Under the pieces are notes generated by a model. That model was given only the letters and a program-made list of their open reading frames with translations, searched no databases and was not told the origin of the DNA. A stretch of 64,000 nt of DNA, taken from contig OZ176054.1 of the NCBI GenBank assembly GCA_964247055.1, forward strand, positions 8,804,001 to 8,868,000, written 5' to 3'. Both the position numbers and the translations under genes were made by a program. Positions 1-15,000 of the stretch are shown here, in pieces (positions within the stretch are counted from its first letter, which is position 1; each line of letters starts with the position of its first letter). The stretch is from Paragordius varius. Taxonomy: Eukaryota > Animalia > Nematomorpha.

Positions 1-1500
1 GGAATTATATGGGAATCTTTGGATAAATATGGATTTATCGTTACACGATAATCAGCGCAAATGCGAACTTCCCCATTGGATTTCAAAACGTTGACAGTTG
101 GTTGACCAACAAATTGGAGTTGTTGTTGGATCAACTGGTTCTATAATTGCTAAATCTAACAATCCGTCTAATTCGTTTTCTACCAATGGTTGTAATGAAA
201 GAGGAACTCTTCGGCAAGGAAAACATTTTGGTTTTGCATCCGGAATCAGAAAGATTTTAATTGGATTTCCGTTGAAACAACCAAGTTCATTTGAAAGTTT
301 TGGAAATCTGTTAATCAGATCCATATTATCATAATCAAAATTAATATTATAATTAACCTTTTGGAAATGGCAAATTGTAAGCTTTTATCCATGGTAATCC
401 AAAAATCGGATCGAAATATCCTTTTGTAACGACACATGGTAAAGTTATTTGTTTGTGAAACGTCACATTAACCATCTCCCCATAATGGGAATCTTATTAT
501 TGTCATATGTGGTAATTTGATCGGACCACGTTAATTTGGGACAACCAATCTGCCTCCATATTTGTTGATTTATGAACAGTCAGAAGTGTCGAAAAACCAT
601 AATTCTAGGGGTAGTGCCCGCTTTTATAGATCTAATTTGATCTAAATTTCTTACCAACTTTGTTTTGCACATTGAACTAAAGTGGTTAAAGTTGTTATAT
701 TTGTAACAATTTTCCAAGCAGGGCATTTGTTCTTTAGAGACAATTCACAATTGGGACAATTAATTTTGTCATTATTATTGTACTTTTCCTTTTTATTATT
801 ATGATCTTTGCTGACCTTTACTTTATTCACAGTGGCTGATAAATTCTCAGCTTCCTCAAAACTGAGGGTAGGTCAACTAACATTTGTAAAGTTAATGGTG
901 TTTCACCCATTTTGCCTAAGGGATATAACGTGTAGCTCTCTTTCCAATCTTGGTTAGTTGAATGAGGCCTACAATAAACATAACTCTTATCTTGTTGGAA
1001 ATATCAGAATCAAAACCTGCATTATCAGCTAGGATTTTTAATCTTTCCAAATACGACAAAAACGGTTCATTTTCCCCTCGACGAATACGATAAAATTCGG
1101 ACCGGTTAATCCATAAGCTTTTATCCGGCGCATATATCTGGACCGCTATTTTAAAGATCTCTGGCCATTCTAGAGCATCTATGTTGTCCGGATATAATAT
1201 GTTTTCAATTTTGTTCAAAATTTTTATTCCACCAAATGCAAGGAACAATTTTTTCACGGCATCATTAGTGATCGGTATGTCTCTGGCTAGTGAAAGCAGG
1301 ATTGGCACCCACACATAATTGGTATGTCTCATCAACAAAAAGAAACGTTCGATGTGCTTGACGTAATTTTTGAAATTCAATGATTCATCAAAAGGCTCCA
1401 GAACTATCCGATTTATGGGGTTTTGTGCATTATTAAATGTGAATTTGGAATCTTCCATGTAAGGAATAATTTTCCTCGTCGCCAATAATATTTTGAACAA
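1..1500 (-). mobile_element. Decayed Ty3/gypsy (Mag/K02A2.6-like) LTR retrotransposon: gag, zinc knuckle, protease and start of RT; runs off the left edge
   Basis: Minus strand shows a gag-like ORF at 916-1500 (RIRRGENEPFLSYLERLKILADNAGF), a degenerate CCHC knuckle at ~650-740 (CPAWK..CYKYNNFNHFSSMCK), protease-like remnants at ~400-600 (..DTSD..IWRQIGCP..PIFGLPWI), and ORF 52-324 (ELGCFNGNPIKI..PDAKPKCFPCRRVPLSLQPLVENEL). After a frameshift near 105 the frame gives VNVLKSNGEVRICADYRVTINP, the RT start. Several frameshifts and stops are present. Confidence 0.9.
1474..1484 (-). promoter_or_regulatory. Primer-binding site TGGCGACGAGG of the gypsy element (tRNA-Ser GCU type)
   Basis: Minus strand reads ..AATAAATTGTTTTTGTATTGTTCAAAATATTAT-TGGCGACGAGG just upstream of gag. 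This is complementary to the 3' end (..CCTCGTCGCCA) recalled for animal tRNA-Ser(GCU). The AATAAA about 30 nt upstream fits the end of a 5' LTR. Confidence 0.8.
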
Positions 1501-1523
1501 TACAAAAACAATTTATTGTTATA

Positions 1524-3077
1524 CAGTAGCGTATGCAGTAAAAGATTGTTAGTGCAAAATAATCTTAATGACACAAAACTGGGGGATATTATGGATATGT
1601 TTATAAATAAGACTGAATGATAATCAATATATGAAAATTGAGGACATTTGGTCGGCACATTTGGTATTGAAAAGCTAATACATAAAATTTTTGTGAGAAA
1701 TATTTATGATGTTTTTTATTGAAAATTTATTGAATGTTTATGCATACTCAGAGGAAAATGAAGCCACAATACCAAATATTCAACAAACTTTCTAGAAATG
1801 TATTACAGGATATATCCAATTTAGATAACGTTACTATAAGAGATAATATTATTTAACATGTTGCATTAAAATTATTGTTCATATATATTTATTTCACAAT
1901 AGTATTAATAAATAGATATTTATTATTATAATATATGGTTTTTATTGTTGCACATTTAAGAAAACATCATTGTTAAAAATATCATTGTGTAAAATCTTTC
2001 CGTTAATCTGTTTAAAAACAAGGTGTCGGTTAATAAAAAATATAAGTATTGCATTTAACAAGTAATGTTATGGAATTTATTTTTAACTACAAAAAACCCT
2101 AAATTTAAAAAATCCTTTACCTTTTCACCTCACGCTTATTTATTTTTAAATAGATCGAGAAAAGCAAGTAATAATTTAAATAAAGATCTTGTATAATTTC
2201 TATTGTATTTGTATACAGTTCCATAATTCAAATCAGGACTACATGAAATGAAAATTAACATTTTTTTACAGTAGAGTATGCAGTAAAAGATTGTTAGTGC
2301 AAAATATTCTAAAAAACACAAAACAGGGGGATATTATGGATATGTATAAATAAGACTGGATGATAATTAAAATATGAAAATTGAGGACATTTGGTCGGCA
2401 CATTTGGTATTGAAAAGCTAATAAAATTTTTGTGAGAAATATTTATGATGGTTTTTATTGAAAATTTATTAAATGTATAATACTCAGAGGAAAATGAAGC
2501 CACAATACCAAATATTCAACAATCTTCTAGAAATGTATTACAGGATATATCCAATTTAGATAACGTTACTAGAAGATTAGATGTTGTCAAAACTACAAAA
2601 AAATTAAGAAATTTAAGAGTTTAGCAGTTAATAATGTTTAGAGGTTAATAAAAAATAATATAAGTAATGCATTTAACAAGTAATCTAATGTAATTTATTT
2701 TTAACTACAAAAAACCCCAAATTTTAAGAATCCTTTAATTTTTCACCTCACGCTTATTCAGTTTTAAATAAATTGAGAAAAGCAAGTAATAATTTAAATG
2801 AGGATCTTGTATAATTTTTAATTGTATTTGTATACATTTCCTTAATTCAAATCACGAATGTTCTACCATGAAATGAAAAATTAACATTTTTTTAAGAAAT
2901 CTGGGAAATAATGTTTCACTAATAGTTTTATTTTTCATCACAATACAAAAACCAAATGCTCATTTTTACATATACCAAGATTGTCCCCTGATTTTGTATC
3001 CACTATGCATAATATCCCCCTGTTTTGTGTTTTTTAGATTATCGCGCACTAACAATCTTTTACTGCATACGCTACTG
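1524..3077. mobile_element. Non-autonomous TIR element (Tc1/mariner-like CAGT ends) with a partial tandem duplication
   Basis: CAGTAGCGTATGCAGTAAAAGATTGTTAGTGC at 1524 and again at ~2270, with the inverted copy ending at 3077 (TIR ~65 bp). Blocks 1524-1836 and 2270-2571 are direct repeats, as are ~2040-2269 and ~2658-2892. The left flank is TA; the right flank is AA (imperfect TSD). Confidence 0.75.
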
Positions 3078-6025
3078 AACATATCAAATACGTATTTTGT
3101 TATTCAAATAATCCGAAATAAAAATATGAATAAACATATGAAATATTTTGTAGGGTTAAAATTTTAAAATATAATTTATGCTAATTAATTCGCCATTCAA
3201 ATGACAAACTAAGTTCACACACGTATTTTCAAATTTTATTTGCTAATTTTGTGACTTATTTATTTGGAGAAACCATATCAATTGCAAAATAATCAAATCA
3301 ATTGTAATTTATTTTTAGAATGCCATTTAGTTCATACCAATTTTTTGGCATACTTTAAATAATATTCGTGTTTATGATTGATTCGTATATAATCATGCAT
3401 ATATATACATATAAATGACGTTTAATACTTGATTTTATTATAATTATCAAAACTTCATCCCCGCTCATTATATTATTAATGAGTAGCGCATGCTTATCAT
3501 GGAATATACATGGTCCTAGTTTTAAGGATACAATGATTAATTAAGCGTATTTTTTAAACGACGAGTAAAGTCAGTATGAGGGGCTAATGTAATAATTTAA
3601 AATTAAGTAGTTTTGAATGGAAATATTTTTTTATCGTGCTTTATTTTTGGCTTACTACTTTGGCCCATATTATGATAATAATTTTTGGGAGAAGGGAAAC
3701 GCAATGAATTAAAATAATTTGTGATGTTGTAGTTACTTTTATAAAGGATAAAAATTTTATACGAATCCCAGAAGTTTTATATCAGCTTGTTAAACAAACA
3801 CAAAAAGCTGAGATTATTTGAAGATTTTGCTTCAAACATTAAATCAAGTTCAGGAGCGCAGAGTAAGTTTTAAATAAAACATTTTTCCATGTTATATAAT
3901 TATACATTAGCAATGGTTAAACATTCCATTACCTTTTGAGGTATTTCTCTAAGACATATTTTAATTTAAATCTCTTAAGAAATAAGATAGTGGCTAAATC
4001 TCAAAATATGCATTCCATGGCCTTTCATGCGCATTAAATAAAAGAAATTTTTAAAAGTGTTAAATCAAAAAACTCTAATATCAGCCGCCATTTTTTCAGC
4101 CTTTTATAAACATTCAGTGCCTTATTTAACGATTACATTTTAGGTTATGGAACATTTCGAGCAGTTATCACAAAAGTTGTAACAACTTTATTGAAGGCTT
4201 AAAACCAAAAGCACCATCAGAATCCTGATTATATCAATCCAAAATTAATATTTTTTATATTCTTCTATATTGTGCGCAATGTTAGGTAAATAAGCCTATA
4301 TTTTGAATTTTTTAAATTGAAGTCCCGAATAGGCGATTTTAAAATTAATGACCAAGTTGCCAAAATATAAAACCTTTTTAACACTTCGATTCAAATTAGT
4401 GTAACTTGTGTCCCATACCGTATTTAAATTTATATTATCAAAAACTACTTAAAGGGACGTTTCAATTTAATTTATGCTTCTATCCAGATAAAAATTACAT
4501 AAATAAGCCAAAATATCTTAATAAAATAGTTTTGAAAAAAAGTTACATATTAAATTACTTAAACACCATTTTTATTTAAACATCCTTGCAATATAACGTG
4601 TTTTTTCATGCCTAAATTTAAATTAGTTATTTTATTAAATTCACATTTAACATATAATATAATCAGAAAAGGTGGTTTATTTTGCATTAATTTTTTTAGC
4701 TAATATAGACATGTAATGTTGACTAAATCTTTACCTTCAAGTTTATCATAAAATAAGTATATCAGGTTTTTTAGATTCTTTTTTTTTAATTTTGGAGTTG
4801 TAAGTACAAACTTTTGCAATGGTTTTAATTAAGCAGGCTTAGAACTAACCCCAACTTGAATCAAAGGACTAAAATGAATGTGTTGTATCAAAGTGTTAAG
4901 TTAATCATTAACACTTATTAACCATAATAAAAATTATGATAGTGGCGAAAAATGACATGAAGATTTTTTAATTTTATACATTTTTTTAAAAAAATTTAAA
5001 CATACGCCTAAAAGGCTAAAAAGATATTTATTTGAAATTGGTCTGAGATATAATACTCTGCTTAAAGGTATTGAAGCGTTACTTGCTAGTATAATTGTAA
5101 AAAAAATATTAAGTTTAAAAAATAATATGATGTTTTTTGATTTTCACGAAATTTTTTTAAAAAATCCGTTTGTGTTTCAACATTTAGGTGTTATCTAAAT
5201 TTTCTCTGTAATTTACAAACCTATAATATATATAGCCTTTATCTATCTCATGTAAAAGTCGATTGTTGGATTATTTTAGAAAACAGACTTTTATAATGTA
5301 ATTTAAGGCTCTGGGACAAAACACACATAATATGCCGTTTATAAAAAGTAATAAAGTCCTTAATCAAAAAATTCGAAATTGGATTAATTGTGTCATTTAT
5401 CGATATAGAGTAATTACCCTGAAATATAATTTTAAATGACCGACAAAAATATACTTTATACTTAGGGAAGTTCTTATATGTTATATTATGATATCAAAAA
5501 TTTGAAATAATACATACTTTAAATATATATTAATTTCAAAAAAATTTGGCTAAAAGCTATTTTATGCTAAATACGCTTTAAAAATTTTGTTGAAAATTAA
5601 AACAGTGATATCATAATGATATGTTGAGTATCGCGCAATCTCGGTACTTTTGAAATTTTTAAGAAAACTAGCCTAACTTATCGGAGTCACTTTCGTATCC
5701 CACATCTAAATTAAAAAAATTGATATACTGTTAATGCTTTTATATATAGCTTATAATATAAAAAAGAATAATTAACCTGAAGCTTATAGCTAAATAAAAA
5801 TTCTAATACATTTTTTTTCAACATTATTACCACCGATTTTGTCTGTTTTGTATATAAGTATACCTATATGACAAATTGTCTCTTACAAAATTTAATATAT
5901 ATCAAAAACATATTATTTAAACAATAAAATTTTAAATTAATGCACTAATCATTTACCCCAAACAACATTTATTGGCCTTTATAAACATTCATTATTATTT
6001 TAAGTTAGACGTTTAAATATTCCAT

Positions 6026-9000
6026 ATGTATTGTGAATCGGATATTATCACTGTTCAAAAATATATTCGTGGTTATATAGCAAGAAGAAAATATCGAAAT
6101 TTAATAATTGAAACAATTAATAATATTGATATTAATTTGTCAGATAATACATTAATTTTTTTACTAGGTGCCCTTATAAATACTTATGATATTACACTCA
6201 ACCCACAGCTTAATAAATTAATTAAAATTTTGATTAATAGACCTAAAATCAAAATTTCGCCATATTATATTATTAATTTAAATAACATTTTGACTAGAAA
6301 TAAAAATATTTCCCTCCTTCCCGTATATCTTAATTTTTTAATCTGGTCTATGAATCTGTTATCATCACAAACTATAGTATTTCATGAAAATCTGCAATCA
6401 ACTTTTAATAATCTATGTAATGAAAATTTTATTCCGAATATAGTTAAAAAACGCAATCTATCTTTGCTATTGGAACATGCGCTAATATTTGTATTGCTGA
6501 AAATAATTGAATACACCAATATGCTCACGCCAATATCATTTACAGTACCTTGCCTTATGAATCATTTAATTTGCCATAAATATTTTCAATCAAATATGGA
6601 TTTATATGTCGCCATTTTTATTGAAAGTGTTTTACTCCTCCCCCATTCACTTGTTGAAAGTGTAACAGTTAATGAAAATTTGATTGTTTTATCAAACCTG
6701 GTTTGTTTGACCAATTTTATTGTAACTCAAAAATTATCCGATTATAAACGTCGTTTCCGCATATGTTTGGAATCTATATCGGCCATCAATAATTTAATAG
6801 ATTTGGAATTGGAAGTTTCCCGCAACTCAAATCATCAACAAAGTAAATTACAGTTGCATCCTGTGTTTGGTTGGACACCCATAGTGTTCAATAATGATTC
6901 GATTAATTTAATCTTGAAAGATATCAGTCTTTTATGGTCTCATCAAATAATTGAAACATTAATTGATGAAACTTTATTTAATATGAATAACAATATTAAA
7001 AATACCGAAAACATTGTCATCAATGAAAAATTAGTAGCCAATTCATTTACTTCAAACAAGCCTCCAAACATATTGATTAGTGAAATAATTTGTAAGTGTA
7101 TGAAAAACTTTACTTCCTACAAACTAGAAATATTGACCAATTTATCCATCAGTCATAAATTAATTCGAAGACTATGGAATGAACTTTTAGATGATTTCAC
7201 TTGCCAAAACCCGAATACTCAAATCACATTTTTCCATAATTTGATCGTGAAATAGTATGTAATATTTTTCTTAAAATATATTTTAAAGTTATTATAATTA
7301 CGCTTTATTAATGGATGTTCCTGCTTTAAATTGGTGGTCAAAAAATTGATGCCATTTGAAGTTTAAGCCTGTTTATCTCCTAAATGTTAATGAGCTTACA
7401 AATTTTAAATTAAAAAAAGGGGATTGCTACAAAGTTTAACTTGCTATGGAAAAAATTTCCCGAATTACATGTTATTTAATATACATTCATGTATCCTTTA
7501 TTTTATCAAAATTTTATTTTTTTTTTCGTTAAATGGTAATAAATACTTGGTAAAGAATAGAAAAAACAAGAGCTCAATTGGGGTATTTAAATACCCCAAA
7601 CTAAATTTAAATTAATATTTTCAAATTACTGAAGGAAACAGTCCCAATTTAAATTTATGCTTCTATCCTAATAAAAATTATATAAATATGCCAAAATATC
7701 TTAATAAATTTTTGTTTTGAAAAAAAGTTCCATGTCAAACTACTTCGACGCCATTTTTATTGCACAAAATTTTTGCACAGTCTTCATTTAATTTTGAGGG
7801 TAAAATTAAAGCAAACATCTAACATTGATAGAAATAGAAAAAGCGGTTTATTTTGTATTATTTTTGATTTTATCATTTCACACATGTCACGTTGACCAAA
7901 TTTTTACCTTTCGGTTTTAGTATTAAATAAGTAATATCAAGTATTTTTAAATAAAATTTTTCATATATTTCGGCAAAATTTTGCCATGGTTTTGATTGCT
8001 TCCATACTTTTTAAAGTATTTGATTTTAAACTGGTCTGGGGTATCCAACTACCCCAATTTGAATTGAAGGACTATGAATGTGTTGTATCCAAATGTTAAC
8101 AATATCATATTAATCAAAAAAGTATAAGAATTACCATCGAGCTTTTGTTTTTTTCTATTCTTACCAAATATTTATACTCATTTAACGAAAAAATAATAAA
8201 TTTTTGATAAAATAAAGGATACATGACTGTATAACATAACAATTACACTAAATTGAACGGTAACATCCAAAAAGGTTCAATAGATTCTCAATAGCCAAAA
8301 TAAAAAGATTGACTTATGCCGCTATTTCGTGATGTAAAATTATACTCCATACGGTTGATGACCATGTTTTTGGATTATTCTGAAACCGTATTAGCAATTT
8401 ATTTATAAATATTATTATGGCTGACATTTCAAATTCAAAAATAACTTTTTTACATATTATCTTTGAGAGCCGCTGGAATCGTCAACAAAATTCTAGTGTG
8501 CTACTTCCACGCGGCGTTGGTTAGATCACATACACTTTGGTGAACTAACAGCAGTTGCCAGTGTTAGATTTTATGCAAAAACATCTTTTTTGCAATGAGT
8601 TTTTTTACAAGGGGACATGTGAAAAGTAACAACCTTGCCTCAGTTTATAAATTCTGTATTTGAAAGATCATAATATTAATGAACATTTGGATCAATTTTT
8701 TGAGATCATAGTGTATTTGTGATGTTTCATTTTAAATCGATCAAAATAGAATTTCGGAACCTCTAAGTTTGCATATTGTATTTTGTCTTTTATTATAATA
8801 ATCTCATAGGTTCTTTTGACAATGGTAAAATATATAACACATAAATTTTCCATTATTTCTTAAAATAGTGTTAATTCTGCTTTACTTCGAAAACCTTGTC
8901 GACATGAAAATGAATATGAAACCCAATTATATCCCTTGCTATTGGCATGTGAAATAACGTCACACACCTTACTTATTTTTAACAATGATGAATTATTCAA

Positions 9001-12000
9001 ATCCAATCTTATATTTCAAATTTATAATAAAGATACACCAACTGCCAAACAACACGTTGTTACCATAGGATGGAAAGAAATCGGTCATTTTTTGAATTTA
9101 CTTGTATTCGAAATTTTTCGGACTATTAAATATTCTGTTACATCAACAAATGATGTACTGGATGACAATGAATGCGGTCAATCTAATAATTATTTTAAAA
9201 AGCATTCAATGCCCTTTAAATACATCACCGGAAAAATGGCATCAATCAATCGATTAGGTACCGAATATTGCTTAACTCAAGATGAATACACCGCTAAATT
9301 TAATAATCTCCCTACCAATAGAAAAATACTCTTTAAACCACAGAATGGTAAAAAGAAATGGTCTTTCTTACAAATACTTTTAGGGAGCACAATATTTAAA
9401 TCGATTCATAATTTGCTTAATACGCTACATGATAGGGATGTCCGTTGTAATTTTACTGAATCTAACAAGGTATAAATAAATATTTGACAAAAGATTCTAA
9501 TATTCTTTTTTATTTTAATAACTATTAAATAGATTTATATTTTGTATTACAGGCTTTTTGGGTCATCCCAAAAATCAAGATTAAAGATTTTGCCATGGTT
9601 AATATTGAAATGGAATCATCAACGATTGCATCCGATTTGAAATGTGATACAGAAGCAAACTCTATATTTGATCTTATGCATTGGCCATACAGATTGTATC
9701 TTCAAGTATTAATATTTAACTATAAATCAAAATATACTTAAAAATAGGGATTTTAACACTTCCTGGCCTTTTGAGGCAGTTTTATATGCCATGGTCATTT
9801 AAAATTGACAATCTTAAATAATATTTTTGGCATTGGGCCAAATCAAAAATATGCTTTCTTTAAGGTTTAGTCGCATGATAGAAATTTTACATGTAAAATT
9901 GTAAAAAAAATTTATCTTAACCTTTTTCGCCGCCATTTTCTTAATTTTTTTAAAGTGTGAATACAACAACCCAATAACTGTGTTATGGTTGAAATGTATA
10001 AATAATATTGAAAAGCTTTCAAATTGCAATTTACCAGCCTAATTTTTGATATTTATTGAAAATTATATAAGCTGTTCTTGTTAATCATATTTTGAAGCTA
10101 TCTGAATTCGGAACTTTAGAAGGTTAAAAACTGTAAGAGTTTGTTTTTTTTCAATACAGGAGAAGAAGGTTTGATGATTGAATTTCACAAAAACAATTTC
10201 AAAACAGCAGTTTGTTTTCTACTTTAAGCTCTGGGACCCCAAAAGGTCATCGCGAACAAAAATATGCGATGTATTGATATGTTAAATATATATATTTATT
10301 CTATATTTTAATTATAAAATGAATAAAAACATCATTTACAGCCTTCAAAATTATATTTTGCAGCAAAACTTCATTGGCCACTACATTTCGTTTTTGTCTT
10401 GTATTTTACACTCTAAAGTTGTAGGGAATTTTTAAAATTAATTTAATTTTTCAAATTATAAATAAAATTTTATCTAGTTTACTAAAACTGGGATGACATT
10501 TTAAATGCACACCGTCTTATGGTTAAATATAATTATTTAGTATACTCCATTCATTTTATCTACAACTGATCGGATCAACCTCTTTTATTTATATTTTCCA
10601 ATCCCATCAATGGCAATTACAACATACTACACAATTCGCCGAAAGTATATTTTGGAAGATGGGTAAACACAATTAATTTTAACATAATTATCATTTTTTG
10701 ATTAAAGTATATGGATTTAGAGTGGGTCATTCGTATCTCCTTTTTGTGAAAAAATGTATCTCATTAACCGCATATTGTCTCTTTTAAATAAAACATGAAC
10801 AATTTAAATTTACCCTTGAACAATTTCACCCTCAAATAAATTATATGTTTTTTAAGGTTAAAAATTACCTATATATTTATATATTTTTAAAAAATTTCGT
10901 TAAATTAAATAATGCTGAAAAAAATAAACTATACCATAAAGATATTTCATATTAATTGAAAACATATAATTTATTTTAGGGTCAATTTGATTTGTTCGAG
11001 GGTGAATTCGAATCTTTCAGGGAGAACTTGAATTGTTAAAGGGTAAATTTGAACTGTAAATGGTATATTATTTTTGAGTGTCTACTATACATATTTATGG
11101 GAAACTGCGGACAATTTTAAACCTTGTTATTTTAAAAACTAGTGCCTTATTTGAAGATCGGAAAAATGCATGATATTCAACATGAACTAATTATTATTTG
11201 ACAGTGTCGATTTTAAGAGCCTAATATGTAAAATTAATTTTTAATAATGTTTCATTTACACATAGCATGGCAGCATTTGCCAAACTTGACCGTAAAACAT
11301 TGCGAGGTAATCTTCGAATCGAATTCGTAAATGCCCAAGGTCTCAGTGAATTAGGCATCGATGAAGATGGAATATTTTTGGAGTTTTTGGTTGATTCGAT
11401 AAACAAACTTTTCAGCAAGGAATTGAAATTATTTCGATATTCTTCGGATGATGGTACATATTATCCTGATCCATCTTCACAAACAAAGGTATATATGTAT
11501 TTTGGCATATTCACTTGTTGGCCAATTTGTAATCCATTAGCGTGTGTTTTAATAACACATTTTGTCCATAATTAGGTAGGCAAATTAATGTTGTAAGATA
11601 CGTTAAAACAATGTTTAATATCAAAATTTTGTTGTTATTAGTTACCCATTTACTATTTTATAACATATTGGTCAACAATAATGCGAATAGGCCAGCATAA
11701 ATATCCATGTAATTATACGTACCTAATCATATCCAACTAATTTACGTTTTCGAAATTACTAAAAGTTTTTTTTTGAATTTGGAGTATGTATAACTGATTC
11801 TATTTTTTAGCCAAATTATGAATCGTGGTTTCGTTACAGTGGAATATTGGTAGCTAAAGCTGTTTGTTTGGGCCTTGTTATATCTCCCAAATTGGCACCA
11901 TTTTTTCTCAATCATATCATTCAACGCGGGAAACAAAATTTAAATTTTCAGAGCTTTAAAATTACGAATGGGTCCCAGAAATGTTCCGTCATTGACATAC

Positions 12001-15000
12001 CCATTAAGCAAACTCGTAGATCTGAAATGAAGTAGTTAATTTTGGACACAGTCTCTATATATATATATATATATACCATTTGCACTTCAAGAGTGTCCTT
12101 GAACACTTCAAGTTGTTGGTCTTTGAACATTTTTGTTTTGTTTTTAACATTTGTAAATCTAATCATATATCATTCATGTATTTCATTTTTAATCTATTTT
12201 TTATATTTAACATAAATTGTTAATTAATATCAACTTTTAATTATTCAGAAACTGTATATCTTTACTTTCTTAATCATTTTTTTAAATATATATAAGATTA
12301 TAGCACGTAATTAAAAGATATAAGTTTTTTGGGTTATTATTTACAATTTTTCATAAAATATTTATAAGGTAATAATTTTGTTAAGTTGAAATAATTAATT
12401 TAAAACAAAAAAAGTGGTTTCTGAATAAAAAAAATTATTTTAAAATTAATATATATAAAATAATAAAGAAAATAAAATAAAAAAATACATGCAAAAATTC
12501 TGGTTAAATCCAAATTTAAAAATTTTAAGGACCTTGAAGTGTTTGAGGATCAACTTGAAACAACTTGAAATGTTTAAGGATGGACCATCTTGAAGTATTC
12601 AAGTACCAACTTGAAATGCTCAGGCACCAACTTGAAGTGTTCAAGGACACTCTTGAAGTCCAAATGGTAAACATATATAAAAAATTACATACCATTTATA
12701 ACTCAAATTCACCCTAGAACATTTCCTATTTACCCTAAAAATAAATTTTTTTGGACTAATTAACTTAATATTGGAATGAGATATTTCTTTTTGGCATAGT
12801 TAGTCATTTTTTCTGTATTTTTTAATAAAACATTTAAAAATTTAGGTATTATATTTAAAAAGAATTCATTAGGGTGAATTTGAAATATTTTAATTTGAGG
12901 TGTAGATAATATTTGCTAGAAAATTTATAAAGTAAACTAATTGGTTCTTTTTGCATCATATATAGGTTATCATATAATTATATTGACGATTTACAAACTA
13001 TGGATCCTGTCCTATATAATAGTCTAAATTATTTAAAAAATTGCACTGATGAACAAATTAGAGAATGCGCTTTAACGTTTTCAGTGATGAGTAATGTTGA
13101 AGGCGATACCCATACAGTTATGAAAGAATTAATTCCCGGTAAATTTTATTCTTCTTATTAAACAAATTACTGTTTTAATATATAATTTGTGGTAATTTTA
13201 TATTTATATAAGCATATTCAATATGATATAGGGGGAGAATCTTTATATGTTACAGCACAGAATAAATACATTTATATACATTTAATGGCACTCTACAAGC
13301 TTTATGGATGTATAAAAAATCAAATCATTGCTTTTACACAAGGCTTTTATCATGTGTTGTTTTACGATGTCAATTATTTTTCTGTCCCAGAGTTACAACA
13401 CCTGATTTCAGGTAAATATTATCCGCACTTTATTAAATAAATCAATCACTATAAAATTGACAAACTTAGAATATAATATACCTTATATGACTCATGGACG
13501 CTTCTATAAAGAGAAATATGCGGATGTGGCTATTTTTTCGATAAATCTAAAACGTTATTATATTAAATTGTTACTTAAAGCATCCACGCTCGAAAAATTG
13601 CAAATAACAGGCACCCCTATTTATTAAAAGTAATATTATTTAGCGAAATTCTTTTAATATTTTAGTAAATATATAATCTAGTAATATAAGATAAACAAAA
13701 AAATATTTTAACAAATTTATATTATTATGCAGTAGAATGTAAAAAAAGATATAGTAACACAATTATTATTCCAAAGGTTAGTCAGAAAATACGACGAGCC
13801 TCATTCAATATAGTCTTTTTTAAAAAAATGGTCAAGCAATTAATCTTTTTTTTATTTACACTTAGTTTAAAACATATATTTAAGTTTTATGGTTGGAGGG
13901 AATAGAACGTTTGAATCCAAAAACCGTAAATTTTGGTAGTTCAAATAAAAAAACATTTAATTTCAAATATTAAAATATAGAACATAACCTTGTCATCTGA
14001 AGTTAAAAATCTTAAATAGGTATTCATGATTTTTCTTACCATAATTAATTTTTGCATTTGTTTAGGTGATAACGATATAATTGATTTATCGGATTTAAGA
14101 TCAAATACCGTATACTTGGGTGGATACTATGACAAACATAAAACTATCATTTGGCTTTGGGAGATTTTACAAAATGATTTTAGTTCAGAGCAGACACGTA
14201 AATTTTTACGGTTCGTAACGAGCTGTGAACGAGCCCCTATCAATGGATTTAAATGGCTTCTACCCCCTTTCACAATCCGTTGCGTAGATCTTAACGATGA
14301 TGTATTTTGTTCCAAATTAAATATTTAACCTTGTAAAGAGTTTTTATTGTTAATTAATGTTTGGAATGTCATATAATTTATGTCAAACCTTGATTTATGA
14401 CATTTTTTACCTAAATTAATGTTAAGATTTAAAATTTATAATTTAGAAAGACATAAAAAGAATTTCGTTACCATAGCCAATGAGAATTTAATGTAGCGCT
14501 TAGTAAAAAAATATATTTTAAACTTCCATAAATTAATGTTTAAATATTCATAATATTGGTTTCTTTTTCAAGGATGATGCCAATGCCAGCATTGTAACAG
14601 AAATGGGTGTTATAGGTAATGCTATAAGTGGAATATTTGGTACTGTTTCTCGCCTCAGAACACATCGAAATTCCTCAGCAATCGGAGGTTCGAGAAATGA
14701 AAATTATGTTTCTTCCATTGAAACCACTTCGAATGGGCAAAATGGTATATTTTAATATCCATTATTTTTTTGTTTTGGGTCTCTTTTTTCCTGCAAAACT
14801 ATGCAGAGCTTTTTTTAAGTTTAATATGCGTTCATTTAATCCATGGAAAGTAGATTTGCAAGATTATATTTTAAAAGTGAATGTAACCCACTAATTTAAA
14901 TGAATGAACGCAATATATCGCATAAAATGATTTTTAAATAACTTAAATATCTTCTCTAGGTATTATTGGTTTGGCCCAGTTATTGGATTCCATGGATTAA

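Noticed and set aside
3700-3862. Possible coding first exon of UBE3B (strong donor GTAAGT at 3863)
   Set aside because: Joining it to the AG at 6008 meets an in-frame TAA (6014-6016) before the IQ motif, and I found no UBE3B-like N-terminus in it. It is at most a 5'-UTR exon.
8460-8570. GC-richer island in UBE3B intron 1 (snoRNA/tRNA/SINE?)
   Set aside because: No cloverleaf, A/B boxes or properly spaced C/D boxes could be seen.
8810-8824. Micro-exon between CATAG and GTAAAA
   Set aside because: It would create TA|G, a stop. Direct splicing of 7254 to 8869 gives a clean, homologous frame.
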